A stretch of 58,484 nucleotides of DNA, counting the filler, from Asterionella formosa (lineage: Eukaryota), in the NCBI GenBank assembly GCA_002256025.1. It is 4 parts of 4 records of this genome, joined end to end, with 100 filler letters (N's around TTAATTAATTAA, not from the genome) between each part and the next. Parts side by side here need not be neighbours in the genome. Positions count along the whole stretch, not along the records: positions 43,945 to 58,484 come from NKIB01005940.1; 3 more parts are not named here. One strand, written 5' to 3'. A program made the translations under genes and the position numbers. Positions 49,788 to 58,484 of this stretch are shown one piece after another (the stretch's first letter is position 1; every line of letters begins with the position of its first letter). The notes under the pieces were generated by a model. It had not been told where the DNA came from and ran no database searches. It saw only the letters and a list, made by a program, of their open reading frames with translations.

Positions 49788-52700
49788 TCTGCTTCAATGA
49801 CTAAACCACGATAGTGTACGATAGAGTTTTGGTAGCGACTTGATGATGATTGGATTGTCAGTGGTGAGAGGACACTCACAACGAACGAAAAGAAATCTGA
49901 CTATTACAATGATCGCGCAGACCAGATGATGAGGATTTGAAATGGATAGCTCGCCTTTCTTTGGTGTTTTCGATTGTCCCGAAGTGAGATAGATCTGTCG
50001 CACTCGTACCTTTTAATCTAATTGTAAGATTGATCGTTGGTGCTGAGATCAATAACGATTTCAAGGGGATTTCTTACCGGTAGTCATGCCACCACAAACA
50101 CCACATCAGGTAGGCAGGCCACATCTGGCAGATCGCTTCTGATTCATGCTTTCGCTTTTGTTACACTTAATTATCACCGGCCACTTGGGTTTTATCGATA
50201 AATGACCGATAAAGTCATCAGCACCACCAATTAATTCCTTTGATATTTATACAGATTTGCTTCATCGGGGGTTAATGTTCTTATATATTGCAACAATTTC
50301 ACGATTACTCCAGACTGTAAGAAGGTGGCTGGCTAATTGAATCCGATCCCGTGCCACGTCGAAATATTGAGCCCACAAATATTGGTTTAAGGAGGCCGTT
50401 TGGTTGTATCATAGGAAATGTAATAATAAAACAATAACCAACCGAATTCGATTGCATGATATGGTTTCTACAGTTTCTTTCACGAACAAATTAGTTTCTA
50501 ACGTAAAGTGGTCCAAGTTATTTTGCATGCTAAATTTAAGTTTTCATCAAGTTTACCGGTAGTGTGTATCATAGGAAAGTTGAAATTTTCCTCGCCGATA
50601 CATGTATGGGTGCCGGTATGGTAGCAGCAGACGACAAGGCAGAGGAGCAATAATTTGGCTCCACTTTTGTTGAGATACGCCTGTGAACCGTTGTTGTGCA
50701 GGAGATATTCCCTCTCGATTGCTTCCTCAAATATCAGTAGAGGACTACCGGAACCAGGTAGTACCGGTAACTACATTAAGAATATCATGCGACTCGTTTA
50801 GCTACATAACAGTACACCAATGAGAACCAGGTGGCTATTGTTGGCCCATGCATAGGGCAAACGCTATTCTATACATAACAAGCTATAGTCAGTGGAATGG
50901 ACGCTCGACTCACTTTTTATGGTTCTACTCCGAAGTAATACATATTTAACATATGGTGACTCACAACATTTTCAAAATAGTATCGGCAATGCATCTCGCG
51001 AAAAATGCATGAAATATCGTATGTAATATTTAACATAATTACTTACATTATATTTTTATGAGTTGAATGATTTGCTTTCATATATATAGCATGTGCAAAA
51101 CAAAGTGAGACATGTATTAGACAAATCAATTTATCGTTTGTCGAATTGATTCGTAATATACATTTGATAAGTGTTTTACAATGCTATGTGCCTCAATATG
51201 TCCAAAGTGGGGACGGAGCAATTCGGGGACACACCTCATTATGACAATCATCTTCAATATATATATACATCTATATAAGCAGAATAGAAAACGACAGAAA
51301 ATATCCTCCCAGTCATTTTGGCACCTTGCCTTTCTCAACAATATATATTGCATAGGAACAAAGATGAAGCGGATACCAAAACCAATTTGGATTGCCAATC
51401 CCTTGTCGGAAAGCATTTTGTTATGTCGGCCGCTTCGAGGTGAATACCGGTAAAAGTGGTCAACCAAACTCCGCCTGCAATTTCTGTTAGAAGGCTCCAA
51501 CTTCGGACATGAAGATTTTGCCCGTTTCTTTGCGGGTTGCCAGGACTACTTGTACTAGGTACATCAGGCCTATGTTGTGCGTGTATGAATGTACTGGTAA
51601 TTGAAATTACAATGTTGACTACTTAGAGTTACAGGTAACAAAAACCATCAGGCATTTCAAATCCTCTACTGTGGCGGGAAAGCAAATATCGTCATTTCGT
51701 CACATGCTGGTTGGTAGTATTTGGTAGGAGTATCAGTTAATACCTGGTATATTACCCAAGCTACCAGCTGTGTTTCTGGTGCTGATTGCAATTAAACCAG
51801 AGATCCTACCATATGTACCTAGATATCGGTTCCTGAGGAGTCAGGAGGCATTTGTAGCATCAAAACGAAATGTTAGTGAATTCAATAAGCTAGTGATGCA
51901 TACTGTAATGGGATAACAACAAAAACCTTTTCGATCACCATGTGAAAACAAATATGCTTTCTATCTGGTTACTCATCTGACATCCAAACACTCGTGATCA
52001 GGGAGGACATGAATGAGAAATATTGCGGTCTTCGTCGCCGACTTGACTTTTTTGTGACCTAGTACTACTCCTTCGTAATCTACAGTTAGTAGTCCTAGTT
52101 GTTCCCGCCTTTACTTCCTGTCCATCGAAATCCCGCAGCATTTCAGGCCTTTTTTAGAATGCAATTCTTCTAGGTACTCCATAGGTCTAAATGTACCTTC
52201 TATCATAGTCTATCTCTAGGTACCACCCATAAAAACGACTGAAAAAACTCGGGAAGGACAAAAGTAGTAGCTAGCATTCAATCGCCCACAGGAGGCTTCC
52301 TAGGATCCCCAATTTGTGCGAAGAAAAGATATTTGTCTCGCTCGCCAGAGTCATTGACGAGAATTAAGTGATGATTATAGTGCCACTGCCTGTACACATA
52401 ATGTTTCAACCCTAGCTACTCTGTATGAAGAAGTCAATATGAGTCTAGAGGAATTTTTCGCCGAATACTTTCTAGCAACAGCAGCCCTGCTGATTCATTG
52501 TCGCTTGACCGATTTTAGAAGAATTTATCCTGCACGCCGAATTATTTTTGGTCCGAGGTAAGATGTTTGGAAGAATTAATTCGTATTTCGTTGCGTTTAC
52601 GGCTTCATGATGCATCTGGAAATACTGTTGAGCTGTAAGCGGATATGTGATGTGCCATCTATCGCGCTTCTGATTTGACTTTACCATGTCATAAGTGTCG

Positions 52701-52797
52701 ATATAGTTAAGGACGACTACCAATAATAAGGTCAAGTCACTCAAATGAAGGAATAACGTAAAATAACCATAACTAGAATAAGATGAGCAAGCAATTA

Positions 52798-53947
52798 TTA
52801 GAAGTCGGCGAAGAAATTGCCATTCATTGCACTCAACTTGGCCATATTCGACTCCAGAGTCGACACCTTAGGTTTCGGAGGTTCCACTGGCTTAGGAGCT
52901 GCAACTGGAGAGGGCGCCACGACAGGAGATACTGGATTCAGAGCGTCAGTGCCACCGCTTTCAGCTTCCACTTCGCCATTTTCAACTTGCTCCTGAACTT
53001 TTCTCGCGTTTTCTGCTTCTGCCTTTGCTCGCTTTAATTCCTCTTCGGCTGCCGCCGCTGCCTTTTGGGTTGTTTCAATGTCTTCAAACCCAACATCAGA
53101 TGTCGTCATCTTGAGCGAAATTTTGTTGACTCGCAGTGACGTTTTGGCGGTGATTGGCTTCTTCGACATTTGATATCCAGACGAGCCCGATTGAGGCTTT
53201 CGCAACATTCCCGTCGTGTTGATACTTAAAGTGCCCTTGGCTGACGAATTTTGCGAGGCCAAAACGGCCGAAGGCGTCAAGGTTCCTACTGATGTTCGAG
53301 CGGCACTCAACTTTGCTCGCGCTTCTGCCTGCTCGTCTTCCTTCACCCTGAGCTCCAAATTTTCCAACAAGGTCCCCGCCTGTCCCAAGGGGTCGGCAGT
53401 AGTTCCTTCCACAAATTCACCACGTTTGACGGCGTCGGCATCAACTAGCTTTTTGAGTTCTGCTTTATAGGCGATGGCCGCCTTGGACTTGTACTTCTTT
53501 TCCGACTTGCCCTCAAAATCCGTATAACCGTGTTTTCGGAAAAAGGCCTTGGCATTTCCATTCCCTCCTAGTCGCATGGCATCGATTTGGCGCTGGGTCC
53601 ATTCATCAAGATCAGTGCTTCTAACGAATGTGAGATGCACGCCCATACTACGGTGGGTGGACGAGCAGTCGAGGCAGAGAAAGACTCCTGAACCAAGGGC
53701 GAAAAGTTGTTAAAAATTGAATCAAGCACTTGAATAACCCGGATGAACTCATTGAAAACGTACCGTAAGTCACACTGGCCCAAGTCGGTCTTGAATTGGA
53801 GCAATCGAAGCATTGGGCGTTCTCTTTCAGCGCTAAGAGCTTCCTAAACTGCAGCCGGCGATCGGCAGAGGGCACGCAAACAGCGCCTTTTCCAGCAGCT
53901 GTTATCGTACCATCAGCTTTGAAATTGCCGCTGTTGGGGGTCGACAT
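52798..53947 (-). CDS. ADP-ribosylation factor GTPase-activating protein (ArfGAP2/3-Glo3-like; intron 53688-53763)
   Basis: [46 protein letters not shown]...MRLGGN...FF...KYKSKAA, the canonical ArfGAP zinc finger. Confidence 0.95.
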
Positions 53948-56279
53948 GGTGACGAGACGAATGGAAGAAAAATAACAACAATGGATTATTTCATATACTA
54001 CATACAGGTATAATACTGATACGCAACCTACTCGGAACGTGCCGGTACCATGGTACATGGTAGCCTGGTTTAGCTATTTCATTTAATACATAGACCGGGA
54101 AGTATGTGTGTAGACAGAGTATCAGGAGAACCAGTACCTAGTAATGATGTAGAACGGCTCGTGTGCCAGTTACACCAGCACATGTTTGTAACGGTAACAA
54201 TGAATATAGATGAACAAAATAATAATGATACTTCTTTACATGTACCCTACATATTACCGGTACATCTGTACAGTGGATGAGCCATCAGGTACCTACCAGT
54301 GTACCGGTACTCCAGAGTCCAGAGTAGTACCAGGTACTAGTAAGTCATGAGTGGACCTCGTGGCCGCGCTTTCAAAACGAAGAAATTAACTCTTGTTTGG
54401 ACTTTATTACTGGTACGCATGGAGTACTTTCCGTGTGCAAACTCGAACTAGATGCCGGGGCACTTACAACACGTTCTGGACTAGCACCGTAGATTTATAC
54501 GCCAATCCCGTAGATGCTCTCCCAATTTTGAGATCACGAGAAATTGGAGAGTCTGCCTTATCTAGGAACCTTAGTGATCATCTAACATGCATCGTCAACA
54601 GTCTAGAACTTCTGGTAATATTTCTTGAGCAGCCTCCCTGTAACCAGCACAGGAGGAAATGCTTCACCAGAATTTCTATACTTTTGACATAGTTACATTT
54701 TCATCAAAACAACAAGCTGATATGCTGCATAGTACGTCATGAATCAAAATATGGGCTACAGTATTGTATATTGCTATGTAAAATAGTAAAATGTGATCCC
54801 TATCAAATTCTCCTTAGTAGATTTATTCAAAATCATAAAAACTCATCAAAGTCGAACATACCATGGCATCATTATGCGCTATCCTCTTGCAATGTTTGCA
54901 CTGGCACACCACAAAGTTCCAACATTGCTGCATACTACTACTCCATCGAAGGTAAGATTTGAATTGGGTCTCTCCTTTTTGGCTGACCACGCTTGCATGT
55001 ATGAAAATCGGCCTTTTGTGATGAACTTGCAAGTTGTCAACGTTGCATGAGTTTGTTGTGTTGAAATTTTTATCCCGAAGCCTTGCTTCTATTGCTTTCT
55101 TAGAACCCTTAAAAGGAGATGTCATGGACCAAATAAGCTGTAGATATGAACAACAAATGTGACTGTGCTCGTCTGTAAATAAAAAGTATCATGCATATAG
55201 GATCAAGGGTATCATACACTAAGTGGCACAGGATTTTCGTATATATGATAATTTTTGGATCAAAAATATGATCAAGGTATCTTGTATCTATGATGATTTA
55301 TTAATATGTTACCGACCTTGAAGTATAATGATAATAAGAGCATTATCATCACACAATGTATATAAACTGATCAACAACTTTTCTCGTCAATATCATAAAC
55401 CTTCTCATATTATTTTCACTTCTCGTGATCGCCCGATGTAAATCATTACTACAACGCATCCTAAAATCAGCTCAACTCTATGCTATCATGTGAATTTTTT
55501 AATCGTAAATCTATCTTAAATATGATCATAATTCTAATCACAAGCATTGTTCAAAAGGATTGGAATAGATCGTAATTTAATTAACAAATTTAACAATGAT
55601 ATTTCTGTTTCGACAGCTAGTACCCGAGGAATGTTTCTCACCTCTTCACTCGTCTCCATGGATATTCCTTTCTCGCTCTTTCTTCCTCCGTTCTGAATCG
55701 TGTGCGAGGCAGTGCCTTAATGATGCTGCGTCTCTTTCCCTGCTGTAATTGTCATTCTGAACTTGCCGACTATTCCGTTGTTTGATTGTTTTTATTGTCC
55801 TATGCATGCAGTTACAGTTACAATGAGAAGGAATGGTTTGTTAGCTAGTCATGTTACATTGACACAAGAACACTCAATTCCATCGTATCCTCTTGCTTCA
55901 CTTGCCACAAATCAATGCAACTGAGGATGCATAAGTCTGTAATAGTAACTTGTCAGTAAGCCAAATTCTTGAATAAGTAAGTTTCGGGTATCCAATGTTG
56001 TCGAATAAAACTTACCGGTTCATTTTTGTCAGCTTAACTTTGAGAGAAGGTCAACTTTTTGTCAGTTTTGTTCCAACAGAAGTGAATAGGTCCAACGAGC
56101 GACAAGAGAACTTACGCAATTTGGTTTTGTTTTGTTTTACATTGGTGCTCCCCAACAAGCGAAACGAGCTGTTGAATCAACAGAGAAAAAAGGAAATGTG
56201 GCTGCGTTTAGTTAACAATTTGTTGTTGTGCTGCCTGCCTCCCAATGATTGTCATCCAAGTAGCTACCACATTGATGGC

Positions 56280-58050
56280 TTCATTACCTTAAACATTCTC
56301 CATCCTTCGAAGGCGCAATGTGTCGAAGCCACAATGTTTTCCGTTATGTATTGCGTAAACTTTCTTTGCTTATCATGTGCTTTACTACGACGTATCTTTT
56401 CATGAAGCAGCAGGCATTGTTTGTTAACATGACAGAACGATTTCAAAAAAATATATTCCATGAATATAGTAATAAAATTTGTAAATATATATATATATTT
56501 ATATTTAGTGTTATACATTTATAAAATTCAAAGGCGCTCTCGATATGGAACATCTGATATGGTTGGGATGATCATACTCGCATATACATAATTCGAAAAT
56601 ACTCAATGCACTATATGTCCATTGTTTTCCACGACTACGTGTACCGGAATTGTTTCTTAAATTTGTTTGCATCGATATTTTCTATGTCCGTTGAAACTAA
56701 TTATTTAGACCGTTCAATTGCCGCAAGGGTTTTGGTAGCAAATTGTTTAAGCCCCTTTTTTGGTTAGGAGCTCATATGACAATAACAATATATCATATAT
56801 ATACAGAGTACCAATAGCAGGTAGTAAGTGATATACTGGTGGTAGTCGGAGTAGTAAACTAGCAACAGAACACCATATGTTCAGGACTGTTGCTACTGCA
56901 GTGGGACAGTAAATCATCATAGTTTTAGGATCGTATGATCGTAAAACTAAAAACCAATAGAACACTATATGTTCAGGATTGTTGCTATTGCAGTGGGACA
57001 GTAAATCATCATAGTTTTAGGATTGTATGATCGTAAAACTAAAAACCAATAGAACACCATATGTTAAGGACTGTTGCTATTGCAGTGGGACAGTAAATCA
57101 TCATAGTTTTAGGATTGTATGATTGTGAAACTGAAAAGCGGTAGTCAGAGTAATAAGTAAGTAATAGAACACCATATGTCTATGACTGCTGCTACTGCAG
57201 CGGGACAGTAAATGAATTTTAGACCATCGAACTTTAAGGAAGACAACGACAACAGTTATACAGTAGTACAATGTCTTCAAGAAACCATAAAGAGGTTCAT
57301 GGAAACAAGCGACATGTGGCAAATACTGCCGGTATTGAACAAAGAAGCAAGTTCCAAAATGAGTTAAAAAAGAGAAAGCGAACAGGCGATTATCCAAAGC
57401 AACGCAATCGGCGATTGGGAGACATTGGGGGTAATACTGGACTTTCACAAAAGAATCGATCTGAATATGGAAGGAATCCTAGTGGAATTGCTACTCCCAC
57501 CACAAATATCATCTACCCACACTCATACTTCTCATTTCCCAACGTAAGTAAAGAGGATATGCATGAATTTGTTGAATCACTTCAACCAAATGTTCCTGAA
57601 AAGAATATTGATTATAATGACCGCATTAATCAACGGGACATTGATGACAATGTTGATTTTGAATGGATCTAATGGAATCCAATGCATACTTAGTAGTTAC
57701 ATAATAATTATAGTTAGTGTGAGACTTCTACAAATGCAAGCCATATCATAGATGATAGGAAAACATTGATTCTGCTCTATACTACTATTACTATTAGTGC
57801 CGGGTGTACTACATGTAGCGGTATACCTCCATTTTTTCTACTATGGTGGAGTGATAATTTCACGACTCTGTATTTTCCAGCACAGCATGTTCGAAGTGGC
57901 GCTCAATTTATTATTATATATTAATTCATTTTCATTCTATCCTTTTCATATCCTGACTTGGTCATCATTTGCAATTTGCATTGTCTTTGCGCACATTGCA
58001 ATGGTGTTATCTGTGTAACTACAAATTTCGGGAGAACAAATCCCCATCTG
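56280..58050 (+). repeat. Internally deleted copy of the ~5060-8115 segment of the left element
   Basis: 56285-57240 matches ~5060-6140, including a ~91-bp subrepeat in about 4 copies. 57283-57400 matches 6143-6260, and 57438-58050 matches 7540-8115. Confidence 0.9.
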
Positions 58051-58246
58051 ACATCTAAGCCGCGTATTACGTGAAGTGACCATCACATAAATAAGCCTAG
58101 TTGATTTTGAATGCATCACATGAATTAGTTGAATACATCAAAATACGTAGTTGAATATATCTATATATTATCTGAATACATCACGTTAAATATTTGATCA
58201 AAGTATCATGCATGCATTCCTGATCATCACTATATTATGTGATCAC

Positions 58247-58390
58247 CTTCACATAATTATTTGAAATACTTCACATAATTATTTGAAATACTTCACATAA
58301 TTATTTGAAATACTTCACATAATTATTTGAAATACTTCACATAATTATTTGAAAATACTTCACATAATTATTTGAAATACTTCACGTAAT
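58247..58390. repeat. 22-bp minisatellite (CTTCACATAATTATTTGAAATA) x6 plus a partial unit
   Basis: Six direct, almost perfect units with no spacers. Confidence 0.95.
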
Positions 58391-58484
58391 ACTGTAATTT
58401 CGTTCACATAATTCTAGAATAAAGTTCACTTAATATGTAACATTTGTTTACGTAATTTTCTGGAGTTCATTCAACTAAATTAAA

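Noticed and set aside
50100..52750. Short ORFs in the long intergenic stretch (also 54390-56000)
   Set aside because: No domain signal and no consistent splice model found by eye.
56850..57230. Regularly spaced repeats resembling a CRISPR array (also 5640-5960 and 58247-58390)
   Set aside because: Whole units repeat with no unique spacers, there are no cas genes, and the context is eukaryotic. These are tandem repeats.

Overview
Eukaryotic nuclear DNA, most likely from a diatom. This is inferred from short GT-AG introns, a DUF6824-type gene, stramenopile Crypton-like elements and Cys-rich surface proteins. There are three assembly gaps with an artificial linker. The first ~29 kb and the last ~3 kb are dominated by decaying transposons: a Plavaka/CMC-type transposase inside a ~10-kb block bounded by ~500-bp inverted repeats, two different Crypton-like tyrosine recombinase pseudogenes, and several TA- or TTAA-flanked non-autonomous elements. 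Host genes are two secreted, probably GPI-anchored Cys-rich proteins, an RluB/RsuA-family pseudouridine synthase, a DUF6824 protein, a protein with a VHL-beta-like domain, a Ser-rich ORF and an ArfGAP. The standout is an 8-exon gene (31999-40048, ~2513 aa by manual splicing). It fuses a BAH-like domain, a RecQ-type helicase and a DFDGD-type cellular RNA-dependent RNA polymerase in one polypeptide. In Neurospora the helicase (QDE-3) and polymerase (QDE-1) are separate proteins that cooperate in quelling. All calls come from reading motifs by eye, and no database search was run.
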